DNA of 64,000 nt from Hormiphora californensis (GCA_020137815.1 CM035360.1:1364001-1428000), one strand, 5' to 3'. Counted from the first letter of the stretch, positions 41,144 to 54,700 are shown. Program-made: numbers and translations. The notes: generated from the letters alone by a model not told the origin.

Positions 41144-41382
41144 CAGCGGTACTCCATCATATATTGGCCACGCACACAGCGTCCCTCCCGTGCGTAGTGC
41201 CTAGCTGACACGGTTTGTAAATAGTTCTACTCATGTTCCCATGAGTGTAAGAACTGGAAGACGCTGTGTGGTTCACAGCGTCCAAAACGCACAAAAAGCA
41301 TAGATTCTTAGTTTTGGACGCTCAGAACAACGCATGGGGGGGGGGGGGTTGTGCGTGTGGCCAATATGATGGAGCACCACTG
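41144..41382. mobile_element. MITE with ~30-bp imperfect TIRs
   Basis: CAGCGGTACTCCATCAT..ATTGGCCAC / GTGGCCAATATGATGGAGCACCACTG. Confidence 0.7.
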
Positions 41383-41491
41383 TTTCACGCTTGTGTGATA
41401 TTTTACAGTTTAATAAGTTAACTCAGCCCATCATAGAGAGACATCTGTATTTTTTAAAACCTAACTTTAAAACAGTTCACAACTCTGATTC

Positions 41492-41806
41492 TCACTGCTG
41501 CTGTGACTGATCTTCATTCGCTCCTTCTCCTTCTCCCCCGCCTCCTCCTCCTCCCCCACTCTCGACCTCATACGTAGTATACTTCTCCAGCACACTTTCA
41601 GTGCCGTACGAGTAAAACAAGCTCTTATGATGGCGTATCAAATGTCGCTTCATATAGTCCTTGTACCCAAAGCGAACATTGCAAAAGTTACACTTGTACG
41701 GTTTGTGCTTTAGGTGGACGGTGTTTAATGTGGATCTTGCAGTTGCGGACCCGTCCACTTCCTTTAAACTCTTTATTACACACGTGGCAGATATACTGGT
41801 TTTTAG
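41492..41806 (-). CDS. Terminal exon with two C2H2 zinc fingers (one-base frameshift at ~41725)
   Basis: Removing one A gives YICHVCNKEFKGSGRVRNCKIHINTVH-LKHKPYKCNFCNVRFGYKDYMKRHLIRHH; acceptor at 41807. Confidence 0.8.
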   Translation of the reverse strand, partial: LKTSISATCVIKSLKEVDGSATARSTLNTVHLKHKPYKCNFCNVRFGYKDYMKRHLIRHHKSLFYSYGTESVLEKYTTYEVESGGGGGGGGEGEGANEDQSQQQ

Positions 41807-42336
41807 CTGAGGAGAAGGGGGTTGTTATTGGGGATGAAGGGTTTTTAGCTGTGGGGGAGAGGGGGAGGTATTTGGGAGATTTCGTATTATATTGGGAGAT
41901 ATATATACTGGTGTTTAGCTGGTAAGAGGGATATTTGTATTTGCAGGATGCTGCATAGTAAGGCAGGTTTTGTCTTAGATTATATTGCACGTGTTATGGA
42001 AGGGTATGTTCGCAAAAGGCAAGCTTCCCCTCGTCCGACCCGAAGTTGGAATCATATGGGTTTAGTTTGTCGAACCGGCAAGTTGCTAACATATTTCAAA
42101 ACTTCACTACTTCTCAAATGATCTAATCCCATTAAGTTAATGCTCTTATAGTAAGAAAGGACTATTTTACAACGAATTCCCTGGTTACTATGGTAACCAA
42201 CTCCGTTGTCATGGTAAATTAATCGAACTCTATCGAGTCTATCGCCAGCAACTGTATGAAACTTTCACAAAGGCTCAAAGTTTGAATATAAAATTTGCCA
42301 AAACTGTGCAGGGGCAAAAGTTTTAATTGATTATTA

Positions 42337-42928
42337 CTAGTAGGCCCGTTCGCCCTACGGGCGAATTTCGGGGAAATGGTAGCTGGATTAGGGAACGCTG
42401 ACATCACCTGCACCATCCGTTCCTAGCCTATCTCTCACTTTCTCCCTACCCATGTTGTTGTACGCTCTGGGCTTCCTGACAATGTCAAGGTGCGAATTTA
42501 AGAGATCAATGTCATGGAGGTGCAGTGCTGTTCCAGAAATTCATCATGTGAAAACTTGGCCGCTATGTAGCCGATTCGGAGATTTCTATATTCGACTGGA
42601 GTAATCACCCTTGGGCGACGTTGGGTAAAGCTATCCGTAGTCGTTGATTGGCTCGATTGAACACGTTGGCGTAATCTGTCATATTCTCTAGCCTGCTCTC
42701 TGACAGCAGCAGATCTTCCGGACCCAGATGACTGTTGCCGAATAGCGCTTGGGGTTGAAGAGTTAGACATCAGGACAAAAGTAAAAGAATGCACGTGCAG
42801 AATTGAATTTCCCTTAGCACCCAAAACTGCAACTGGGAGTGAGGTTTCTAAGTTGCTCTAATAATTGCACGTGCAGGTGTAGTTGCTAGGTGATGTAGCA
42901 CTGACAATTTGAATAGTAAGTAGTATGA
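42337..42928 (-). mobile_element. Non-autonomous Helitron, copy 2
   Basis: Same termini as 5329-5926 (A|TC...hairpin-CTAG|T), inserted into another repeat. Confidence 0.88.
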
Positions 42929-43412
42929 TTAATTAATTAATTAGAAAATCAAAAATCCGGCTCCGTTATGACTCGTATTTATACTACTAAAACATACATA
43001 CAAAGTTTCATTTCGAAATTTCAAACGGTGTGGCCACAGTTTGAATATCAAAGTTGCAAAAATTGTGCAGGGGCAAACAAAATTGTGCAGGGGCAAAATT
43101 TTAATTACTTATAATTAATTGGATAATTAATTTTGACTATTCCCACTTTTTGTCAATCCTTATTATAAAGTACAAATGAACGTCGTGAGGAGGAGGATGT
43201 AGTATCCACACGTGCAAATAGAGGGGGTTGCCAAGGAGGTGGCTTGGGAGGGGTATTGGAGGTTGTGAGGGGATACTGCACGTGCATGTTGTTGGTTGTT
43301 TGTTGCGTGTTCCTGTGCAGTTGTTGTTGTTGGTGTTTTGGGATCTACTGCTGGGGCCGCCATGATTGCAAAAGCCTTTCTACCTACGTACCCCGTTGAT
43401 TCTCTACACAGC

Positions 43413-43535
43413 TAAAGTGCGTTTCAAACGACTTGACCCGTAATTCTTGGAATTCGGCGCATCGCGCGTGTATTTACAAAGGGGAAATCCTGAATTTCCA
43501 GGAATCTCAGGTCAAGTCGTTTGAAACGCACTTTA
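43413..43535 (+). mobile_element. TA-flanked MITE family B (123 bp)
   Basis: TA-AAGTGCGTTTCAAACGACTTGACC...GGTCAAGTCGTTTGAAACGCACTT-TA; other copies 46235-46357 and 51023-51145. Confidence 0.88.
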
Positions 43536-44918
43536 CAATTCTACGGATCTTTATCACCTGATTCTACATGTTATTCAGCGGGATTTCTCTTGATGTTTAT
43601 CACCAGCGCTCTACCACTACCAACCTCCGTATTCTTTACCCCGACATGGAGAGACGAAGAGTGAGAGGGGGGACATAGAGACGGGTGGGGGGGGGGGGTG
43701 TTTCAGGACTTAACAATGGGCTTTCTAGTCTTTCTATATGCATGAACTACATTACTACAAAATTTTAGGTCGTTATTTATAGCAGAACAGAAAATATACC
43801 ATTTTTAGTTGCCTTGTTCAGGAAATGTGCAGGGGGTCGAAATCAGCGGTGCAGGGGAAAGATGGTGCAGGGGCAAAATTTTAATTACTTATAATTAATT
43901 AGTTAAATTAAAAATAAGAAATCCAGCCTTTTTATGACTCGTAGTTATACTACTAGAACATGCATACAAAGTTTCATTTCGAAAAAACAAACAGTTTGGC
44001 CACAGTTTGAATATCAAAATTGCAAAAAATGTGCAGGGGTATTTGCCCCTGCACATTTTCAAAAAAAGTGCAGGGGGCCCTAAAAAAGTCAATTTTTGCA
44101 TGCCTATAACTAATTAATTAATTAATTTTCAATACTCCCACTTTTCGAATATCATTTTTTATGATTGAAGAACATTCCTACAAAGTTTCAAGTCGATATT
44201 TCAAGCAGAACGGAAGATAAACCGTGTGCAGGGGCACGCGTGCAGGGGCAAAAAATCGAAATGTACAGGGGCAATGTGCAGGGGCAAATTTTGATAGCTT
44301 ATAATTAATTAATTAATTAAAAAATCAAAAATCCGGCCACGTTATGACACGTAGTTATACTACTAGAACATGCCTACAAAATTTCAGGTCGATATCTCAA
44401 ACGATGTGGCCGCAATCGCTGCCTGAAATTTGCCCCCCCCCCCCCCCCCCCCCGAAAATCTTCTATTCTTCTGCTATATAGGGCCGTCACTTTTTGGATT
44501 TGGTGCAGGGGCAAAAATTTTTTTTTCGTTTTTTCTGTTTTCTTCGGGTCGGAGGTGCCTGCCGGCACCTAAATGACAGAAAGGAAAGGAGGTATGGAAG
44601 GGCAGTAGTAGGAGTAGTAGAAAGGTATGGAAAGAAGAAGAAAAGAAAGAAGGTATGGCAGGGTAAGACAAATTATACCAGTTGTTTCTGCCTCCATCTC
44701 GTTTATATTCACCATGTTCTCCCTGAAAAAAGCGAAGTGGGTTAAAAGAGTCGAGGGATATATTCGAGAAAATTAAACTATTCAAAATCGCTTTCATTTC
44801 CCTGTCTCATTCCCCTGTTGGAAACCATTCTAGAACAACTCTGTCAAACTCGGAAGAAAGTACACACGTGTGTCAAATTAATTACACCAATTAATCACAG
44901 CTTGAAAAAACAATCTAC

Positions 44919-46148
44919 CTGTTCTGCTGGCTGTCCTTGTGTAGCGACTTAGCAGGGGTCAGTGTGGTGTAGCTTGGAGGGGTGTCACCCCCGAGTGGCG
45001 ATGTGATGTGAGGGTGTTGCTGAGAGGGTGTGGTGGGGTGTTGTGGGGTGTGGAGGGAGTGTTGGGAAGAACTTGGGTGTTCCTGGGTGATTGGTGGGGG
45101 AGGAGGGCTGTTTTGAAATTGAGTGATTTGTGAGGAAGGGCTGTGTTGGGAGGGGGTGATTTGTGAGGGAGGGCTGTGTTGGGAGGGAGTGTACTGGGAT
45201 GGATTTGGGTGTAGCCAGGGTTTCTGACCAGAAGGGGTGGATTGTTGTGAGGGTGTTTGCCCAGAAGGTGTATTGTTGTTGGGTTGCTGTGAAGGTGTTT
45301 GATTAGATGGTGTAGGAAGTTTTGAGGGTGTTTGAGTAGCAGGCGTGGGGAGTTGCGAGGGAGTTTGAGTAGAGGGTGCGGTTGTGGGAGGATCTGATTC
45401 CTCAGCACCTGGTGTGGTGGAGGGGTGACTAGTGATTTGTGTTGTAATTAGCCCGGTCCGGGATGATGGTGTAGTAGACGAGAGTGAAGAATTAAGTGGG
45501 TCTGAAGAAGTCAGTACTTCCGATTGGGACGAGACTGTTTCCGATTGGGTCGGGAGTGTTCCAGGCGGGGTCGAGGGTGCTCCGGGTGTTGATGTGGCAA
45601 TTGTCGACAGTGGACCAATCGGTATTGCTTTAGGAACTTCTCCCACTGAAGGCCGGACAGGGCTCACAGCACTTGGTTGAGAAGGTGCAACGGGAACCAC
45701 AGATGACAGTGCCCCAATTGAAACAACTGATGTCGACACCGCTGCAGTTTTTGTCACTGAAGTGTTCTCCACTGTACTGGCTGATGGTGTTCCAAGTGTG
45801 TTGGGAATGGTTGGTATACGTCCCACAACAGGAAATGCAATGATCTTTCTCTCCTTCAGGTTAGGTGATTGTCGGGGAAGAACCAAGCGACGCTGCATTT
45901 CTGATGGAGTTGAGGGGGAGAAGGAGGAAGATGATGACACCATCTCTACAATACCAATGGATTCTTGAAGAGCAGCATTTGATTTTTCAAGTAAATCTTC
46001 AAACGAGTGTTTTGTCGGGTGATCTGAGTCGTTGTCCGTGTGCCAACTTTTCTCCGATCCGCTCCCACTGGGCGTCCTATCTCGGCTGTCAACTTTACCA
46101 CTCGCATCTTGCTGTCTACTTTCCACTTCCATTTCCTCTGTCTTGTCC
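44919..46148 (-). CDS. Large Ser/Thr/Pro-rich exon, probably the N-terminal part of the C2H2 zinc-finger gene
   Basis: ~410-codon open frame bounded by acceptor tttcag (46149) and donor gtag (44918); low-complexity TPSQ repeats. Linkage to the 41806 exon (possibly via an exon near 43379-43210) is not resolved. Confidence 0.65.
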
Positions 46149-46234
46149 CTGAAACGATGTTGTTTATGAATGAAATAGAGAACAAGCCGTGTAAAAAACT
46201 CAACAAAAAAGATAAAGTTGAACCACCCAATAGC

Positions 46235-46357
46235 TAAAGTGAGTTTCAAACGACTTGACCTGAGATTCCTGGAAATTCAGGATTTCCCCTTTGTAAATAC
46301 ACACGCAATGCACCGAATTCCAAGAATTACGGGTCAAGTCGCTTGAAACGGACTTTA
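46235..46357 (-). mobile_element. TA-flanked MITE family B copy
   Basis: Reverse orientation of 43413-43535. Confidence 0.88.
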
Positions 46358-47392
46358 ATATAACCTTTTAACAGCTTTCAAGAGATCCCTAATCTGCGTT
46401 GTAGATGGAGTTGTAATAGACACTGGAGAAATTGTAGATCCGACCATTATCTTTCTTGCAGGATCGAGAAGATTGCCTGGGACAGATTTAGGGCTCAATT
46501 AAATATTAATTAATTGATAAAGAATCAATATGGTATAGTATACCACATGTGTTTGTTTCAACGTACATATTTGAGCCACTGTGTAAGTGTTTGTGAGAAG
46601 AAATAGTAGAAAATCATCGTTTGATTCGAAATTCAGCTCAACTCTCTGTTTGGAGAACAACCTCGAAATGTGTGCCGATTCCGTTAGAACATGAGCCATG
46701 GCAGCTAGAGTAATTTTTATTGTTAATCTACATGTACAATTTAAATCTACAAGTATGTACAATATAAATTATATTAGACAGCAGCTATCATGACTTGACA
46801 TGGCCATTTTCATCTTATCGTATAGAACCCTGAGTCCGGGTCCCTAAAAAGTAAAAGGTTCAGTTGAGACTGTGTAAAGACTGTGTAATGACTGAAAAGA
46901 TTTAGGACCCATGTTTGGGATTGTAAATGGGTCATCACGGGATAATGCAGAACTTTCCAAAGCAGCAAGAGTATCCAACACCGATTGACATCACTTTTCA
47001 ACAGCCGAGGAGAAGCTGCCGAAGAGAGAAAGGGGTAACTATATGGAGAGTTAACCGCAATGAGTCTTAAACACATTGGGACTTGGGTTCGATCGTTTGT
47101 CCCCGGTGCACTATTCAAAGCGGTTTTATTTGGCAAACGTTGCTGGCCCCCGCAGCGCGGGATAAGGCAGCGCTTTTCAACGGTTTTATTTGAGAATTTT
47201 AAATTTTTGAACTCTTAGGGATCCCTAAAAAAGTTCAGTATTTACACAGAGTTTACACAGTCTTTACTCAGTCATTACACCCAGAGCGCCCGCGCCGCTC
47301 TGGGTGTAACGACTGCGTCTTTCGCACTCGATTTGCAGCGTTTTCGGAAACTTTTTTCGCCGCAGCGCTCAATTTTGTCAATTGTGCAGCAC

Positions 47393-49462
47393 AACAACAA
47401 CAACAACAACAAAATGGATTTATATACCGACTAAATAGACAAGTACTCTCGATTGGTTCGAAGAGCAGTTGCCATTCATAGCGGTTCTCTCATCCTATCT
47501 TGACATATTGGTTGACAAAAGGTCTTAAATGGTAACTCATACTGGTGACTTATAACTGACATATATAGTAGACTTTATTAACTCTCAACACTTGGTGACT
47601 GTGGGTGACAAGTATAATCAGAAAAAATAATAACAAAAATGATAAACTGAAAAGTATCTTAGATTATAAAGAAATACGTGACAGCAGCAGGGGTGACCGT
47701 GTGAGAAACGGGGACTAATGAATAACCGAAAAGAAATTATTAAAGACTGACGTCGAAAACCAAATAAGGTCTTTCAGAGAAGGTAACAGTAGCATCGAAC
47801 AGGTAGGTCTTCAGGCGAATACGGAAGGAGTCCTCTGAAGGTGCGTCTCTAAGGTTCTCCGGTAGGTTGTTCCAGACATGGGGGAGATATTGGGATATTC
47901 TCCTTTTTCCCAGTTTGCTCACTTTCACATTTCCAGAAGGTAGCTTTAACTTGTAATGGTCTACTTTACAGCTCTGACGAGTAGACTTTTGCACTGCAGT
48001 ATTTTCATCATGTTCCACTAGATCCTGAAGATACTGAGGGGCACTTCCATAATAGATCTTGTACCCTAGTAAACAGATTTTGAAGAAAATCCTCTTCTCA
48101 ATCGTAAGGATATGGGAGTCACGGTAGAAGGGGTCCAGGTCAACTTTCCTCTCTCTGACTCCATGGATGTATCTTATTACTTGATTCATTAGTCCTTTCA
48201 GCGGCTTGATGGTAGAGGCCGGCAGGTTGAAATACAGGGCATTGCAATAGTCCACTTTGGATATGACCAGCTGGGAGGCAAGCATCAGACGTAGAGGTTT
48301 ATCAATGAATCGGCGGATCTGCCAGAGGTTCCTCATAGTAACTCCAGCATTCCTCTTGACCATGGAGATTTGACGTTTCATATCCATTTGTTCATCAAGA
48401 TAGATACCAAGGGTCTTTCCAGATTTTCCAGCCATGTCCATGGGGGAAATGATGTTCCCATTTAGCTCAAGAGTCAGGTCACTCTCCTCACGTACAGTAT
48501 CCATCTTCTTCTTCTTTCCTAGGATAAGAAACTCAGTTTTATCCTCATTAACCATCAGTCTGTTCTCAATCATCCACGTTCTTACCTCCTCCAAACATTT
48601 CTCAATAATCTCCTTTGAACCTGTCCAGCCTTCCACAGGGCAGAATCCGATGTAAATTGTGCTATCGTCTGCATAGAGTCGTATTGTGAGTCCATACTTC
48701 TTTACAATAGGTTCTAGTGGTTCCACATACAGGGCAAAGAGGACAGGACCAAGGAGAGAGCCTTGGGGTACTCCATATTTGAGAAAGAGCCTAGGTGAGA
48801 GGGCATCTCCAATTTTAACTTTATAGCTCCTGTCATTGAGATAACTAGTAAACCATTCGAGTACCGTTGATCTAATTCCAAACCGCTTCTCCAGTCTCTT
48901 CAAAAGCTGAGGGTGGTCGATGGTATCAAATGCAGCCGAAAGATCAATTTGAACGACTGCCACAACATTTCCTCTGTCCATTTCCCCAAGGACATCATCA
49001 ACAACTCGCACCATGTGTGTCTCACAGCTGTCATCATCATCATCATCAATTAACATTTAATATACCGCTTTATAGCATATTGGTAAGATATCACTTAAAA
49101 AAGAAAAAACTTAACGGATACCTTCCTGCTTTCAAAAGCGGTTTTACTCTATTTGATCAATAAATTAGAGTCCATGAGCTAGTAGTGTTTATAATACAAA
49201 TGTTCAAGTGTCCCTTGGTTGGGGCGAAAACCAGATTGGCAGTCACCTCGCAGGTCGTTTTTCTCCAAATGCTCATTTAGCTGTACATTGACAGCTTTCT
49301 CCGCTAGCTTAGACAGAACACTGAGGTTCGAGACTGGTCTGTAGTTCGCAAGAGAGTCAACATCTCCAGATGTATTCTTGATCGTGGGCCTCACAATAGC
49401 CTCTTTCAGTCCTGACGGGAATACACCACTCTGCAATATTTTCTTGGAAAAAGCCACTGTGC
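47393..49462 (-). mobile_element. 5'-truncated non-LTR retrotransposon (L2/CR1-like), RT ORF interrupted by a ~185-bp insertion
   Basis: NYRPVSNL, QSGFR (~49215-49460), then SCET, IDLSAAFDTIDH, GVPQGSLLGP, YADD, LGIYLD (47740-49030); 3' tail tatataaatccatt(ttg)n; TSD GCAGCAC at 47386-47392 and 49463-49469. Confidence 0.93.
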
Positions 49463-50039
49463 GCAGCACGCGCCGCTCTGGGTGTAACGACTGAGTAAAG
49501 ACTGTGTAAACTCTGTGTAAATACTGAACTTTTTTAGGGATCCCTTTTGGAAATTCCGTGAAATAAAATTTGTTTATTTTTTTAAAACGGCCGCGACTCA
49601 ATTTGTTGAAAAACGGCGCGCGCGGCGTACATTTTGGTTTTGCGCGTGACAACTTTGAACACATTGCGCCGCGCGGGCACGTCGACAACAAAAATTTAAT
49701 TTTCACACACCTGTTGAAATTTGAAAAGTTTAGCGCTTTTTTCTAGGGCGCGATTATAATCTGGGTGCCTTGCAGCCTGTTTACAGGTGCGCGCTGCCAA
49801 AAGAGTATACTTAGACCGACTTTTTTCAACCGGCTATAGCCATGGAACCACATGGCCGATTTGTGTAAACTAAACGGTATCAGTTAGAGAATCGATAGCC
49901 CTAACCGGTAACCCCAAACCAAACCCTAACCAGACCCTAACGGATAGCCCTAACCCGTCGCGCGCGCCAAAACTACGAATTGTTAGCAATGAAAGGCACC
50001 CAGATTTTAACGTTTTCCTTTTTTCTATCCTGCACACTG

Positions 50040-50075
<36 letters not shown>

Positions 50076-50089
50076 TGCACACTGCACAC

Positions 50090-50910
50090 TAGGGTGTGCT
50101 ATTTTTCCCAACTCATAAATCAAATCCAATTTTTACATAAGTTACCCCTAGAACGAGTTCCTACGATCATTCTAAAACATTTGGTAAAAAAATTTTAGTC
50201 CTACCCTGGCCCAATTACGTGGGCCGATGTATGCCCATATATGGGCATATTCATATCAAAAAATGTTTTTTGGGGCGTTATTTCGAAAAAACCACACATA
50301 TGAATCGCCTCATGAGAACCAGTACAACCATTATTTCCAGTCTGCACCTTCAGAACTCCATTTTATAATGAAAAATTTATTTTTTTCATCTTTTTTTCTT
50401 GCACATTTTCCTACTTTGCAGTATTAGTGGAGACAAATTTTAACTTTTTGAGATTTTATTTGTCGGAAAGCAAATTCCGGTTGTAACCGACTAATTTTGA
50501 CCTGCTGAACACGATCCCGTTCATGAAAAAGCTCTCAAAATTGAAGATAATGACCAAAATGAACATTTTTAGTCAAAAATGAACATTTTTGGTCCAAAAT
50601 GAACATTTTCAGGTCAAAAATGAACTTTGGCTATTTTTCATGATACACATCCATTCTGATCGGTATCACACCGCTGAACACGACCCTGACCATAAAAAGT
50701 TGATATCAAGAACATGCCAAACACTGGTGTAAAACACACATATTTTCCTTTTTTCGGTAAAAAAGTAAACTTTTTTAATCGCCTGGCCCACGTAATTGAC
50801 ATACACTACCCCAATTCCGTTTTCAGGATGTAGTAGACAATTGTCCATAGTTTCATATCTAGGGGTAAACTATTGGCCAAGTCGACAAAATTTTCACTTA
50901 GCACACCCTA
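50090..50910. mobile_element. Non-autonomous hAT element (821 bp)
   Basis: TIR TAGGGTGTGCTA / TAGCACACCCTA; 8-bp TSD CTGCACAC (50082-50089, 50911-50918). Confidence 0.88.
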
Positions 50911-51022
50911 CTGCACACTGCACAGTGCACTGAGGTCTGAGCCCCAACAGAGAAGTCTGTACAAATGCCAGGCATTAGCATGTGCTGCAGGCCCTAGTGC
51001 ACACATTTTTGACAGTCACTAG

Positions 51023-51145
51023 TAAAGTCCGTTTCAAGCGACTTGACCCGTAATTCTTGGAATTTGGCGCATTGTGCGTGTATTTACAAAGGGGAAATCC
51101 TGAATTTCCAGGAATCTCAGGTCAAGTCGTTTGAAACGCACTTTA
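51023..51145 (+). mobile_element. TA-flanked MITE family B copy
   Basis: Same as 43413-43535. Confidence 0.88.
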
Positions 51146-51729
51146 GGAAACAGCCTACATCGGATTGTTGCGTAGGCCATCGCCCGGTTCAAATTTCGAT
51201 GACTCAATTTGATGGCCGACAGAATCAAGTGCAGAACCCTTGTGTTGGGTGGGAGTTACTAAATTTCGCTGGTTGGATATCCCAAATCAGGGCTTCGCTG
51301 CCAAAAATGCGCCATCACCGTATGAGGGGAGGGAATGCAGACTATTTAAGTCTATAGTGTGAGAGCGGGAAGAGTTACTTATATAGCTCTATTATAAAAG
51401 TTCATTTTCAAGTTCAACAGTGAACCATAATAAAGTTCAAGAGCCTCCAAGAGCGAACAAGGTCCAGTGTTTTCATTCCTAATTATCGTCACACTATTTA
51501 TCGTCTAAAGCATTCATGCGTTTTTATGTGTCATAAAATGATTGAAAAGGGGAATACTAATTTTTTTAAAAGCTCTCAAAGAACTGGTGTCCACGAACTA
51601 ACACTAGTCTTAATTTCAATTGCTCAAATTATTTTAAAAACAAGTTAATAATCACATTGTGACATTTTAAAGAATACTTTATTTATAGGAGTTAATCATA
51701 TTATATATTTTAACTTTTAAGTTCTGGCC

Positions 51730-54700
51730 ATGGCGGAGGGAGGATTCAAAATGTCGTTCAAGAAACGAAACCCAGATTTTCGGAAACCCGCGAAAAAAGT
51801 GGCTGCTCCTGTGAAGGTAAATTACCTAATTTGTACACCAATTGGTAATTTTAGTCCTTTTACTAGTTACAATTTGTTTCAGGCAACTGGTGATTTAAGA
51901 GCTCATGATCAACCTACTAGAGTTGTTAAGCAGGTAATAATGAAACCGTTTATTTTATGTTCATGTTTTTCAACTTGTATATTGTAAATAAAATAAAATA
52001 GGTGTTTTGTTAATACTGTTTTATCCGTATGTTTCAAAATTTAAAATACTTTGTGACGTTTTAGGACGACTACAGTTCGACTTCGTCTGAGGAGGATGTG
52101 TTAGAAAAGAGACGACAAGCAGACAAAGGTAAAGAAACGAATTATTGTCGATTATTTAGTTTAGTAACTAATGGTAATTTAATGTTTTAGTAAATGTGAA
52201 GAAGGAACAAGCCAAGTTAGTTGAGAGGGCACTGCTCAATAAAGTTATGGATGGTTCTCTAAATATTGCGGAGTTGATGGATGGAAATGCAAAACAACTC
52301 GCCTCTCATTGTAATTTTGATTGAATTTACTACTGATTAATTGGGAATTAATTTAGTTTCATTCACTAATTAAATATGTTGTTTATTGTTCCAGTGTTGG
52401 ATGGCGTGTCTTTAGATAATGAGGTTCCTGTTCAGAGAGGTCGAGTGAGATCAGATTCCAACCCCAATCCACCTCCGCCGGTACGGAAATGTCTCATACC
52501 ACCCTCAAATGTCTTATAACTTATTAAATTTTACTAAGTTATATTATGTTTTTGTGATTAGATTATATTATATCTTATCATGATTGCAATTCCAGGGGAC
52601 CTCTTCCTCGGCAACTACGTTCAACCCGTTACTGAAAACCAGAAATGATTCAACATCACGAAAAGATTCAATAAGCTCAGAAAGCTCAGAAGATTCTGAG
52701 AGCACAGAAATATCGAGCGAGAGGTTTTTAACAGTGTTTATTTTTAAACAGGGCAGTTGTTTGTCCAATTTGATAACTTCAATTAACATTGATTAAATTA
52801 AAACTTAATACCCCAACAGTGATATAGAAACGACGAAAAACCCTACAAAACTGTCCAAGAAACTGAAAAAACTTCACAGCAAAAACAGAAAACTGAAACG
52901 AAAAGTTAAAACCCTGAGAAGAAAGTTGAAAAATAAGAAATGCCAGCATTGTGGGGAGCAAAAGAATGGCCAACAACAACAACAGCCACTCCCAATACCA
53001 CCTGCTCCTGTTATACCTACTATAGTATCCTCATCCCTACCACCGCAACAAGTGGTCGTACCCCAACAACCCCTTCAACAAGTCTACGATCCTCTCACGG
53101 GACAATACAAGTACGAGTTGTAATCCATCGAAATATCTTATCACCAATTACTACTTAACAACTGTATGATCAATAATTACGGATAATTGCACACCCCTAG
53201 GACCGTATCAGCGCCACCCCTTTCCTCACTGCCCCTTCCCACCGGTAGCCGCCACCTGGCTTGATGCCAGCATTCCCGCCCCAGTACACCCCCGATGAGA
53301 TTCACGTTACCAAGGAGATCCCCAAGTTTGGGAGGAGGAATGCAGAGGATGATGATCTTTATAATGATGTTTTCAGGTCGGTTAATATAGTCTGTGCTAT
53401 GAGGTTTTCAGGTTTTATAGGGTGAGAGACTTTTGAGGTCGGTTTGTCTGCGTAGCGATGTTTTTTTCAGGTTAGGTCACCAGAGTTTTCAGGTTGGTTG
53501 AGAGGGAGGGGGTAGGGTAGGGTAGGGGTAGGGAGCTGGGAGGGAAAGAGGGAGGGAGAACATCTGTGAAAGGTAAATAAGGTCGTATCGTACATCCCGC
53601 CAATCAAATCATGACGATTATAATATTCATCAGAGAGAAAGAGAAGAAGGCTACAAAGAGGGTTCATTCGGCAAACATTGACCTTGCAGCTAGAGTAGAA
53701 ATCTTTCAAGCATCTCTTGCAAGAGACGATCTCTTACAAGACGCTCGAGAAAGGTAACAAACAAGTAACGGGGGAATTTGTAGTAGAGAGGTGGTTTTGA
53801 GTATTTTGTTCTACTAATAGCTGCCTGATAGTTAAAATGAATATATATCCCATTTACAATCCCCCAATCAATCCCAGGAAAAACCTACAATATCCACAGA
53901 CATCCATCTCCCCCACCACGACAGTACAATCTGCAGCTCCGTCAGAAGTACAGTATCCCATAGTCCAGGTAATATTAGAAACTGTAATTTGATGATCAGA
54001 AACTGTAATTTGATGATCAGAAACTGTAATTTGATGATCAGAAACTGTAATTTGATGATCAGAAACTGTAATTTGATGATCAGAAACTGTAATTTTAGGT
54101 AACATTGACATTCAATTTTAGAAAATAGGCAATCCCATAGACCCAATATATTGTCCGTTCAGGCGCCACAACAACCCGAGAAGAAGCAGCAGCAGCAGCA
54201 ATCAAAAGTACAGAAGGATCCCTTTCATGGGAGGGCCATGGCCCGGGGTATCACAGAGTCAGGGACTTGCCTGTTTTGTGGCTCCTATCATACTGTGATA
54301 AAGTCAGTCGGGTTCTCCCAACCATCCTGCAAGAAGGTAATTACATATTAGGGGTCTGATTTGGGCCGTAATTGAACTACAACCATTCGTTATATCTTCT
54401 TTTTTCTCAGGGAAAACGATATGTGGAGTACTTTCAAGGAGTGAAGAAAAAACAAGAAAATCTCAGAAGAAAAGTATAATATTTTGTTCGTCTGTTTCTC
54501 TGGCAAATAAATAGATTTTTTGAACTGTATTATAGTGTCTACCAGCTACCTGTCTGTCTTTGTTTTTACCAGATCTGTGCGTTTGTCTGTCTGTCTGTCT
54601 CTCTGATTACATCAAGTCTATATCCCACTACAGCAAGAAGAAAACACGACGCTGCTGGTAAAGTTGAATAATAAGCGTGATCTGATGACTAAAATCCTCC

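Larger units (their letters stand above)
42270..44520. repeat. Interspersed blocks of a TGTGCAGGGGCAAA / TTAATTAATT-containing repeat family
   Basis: Related blocks ~42270-42336 + 42929-43160 (split by the Helitron), ~43825-44150, ~44270-44520. Confidence 0.75.
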
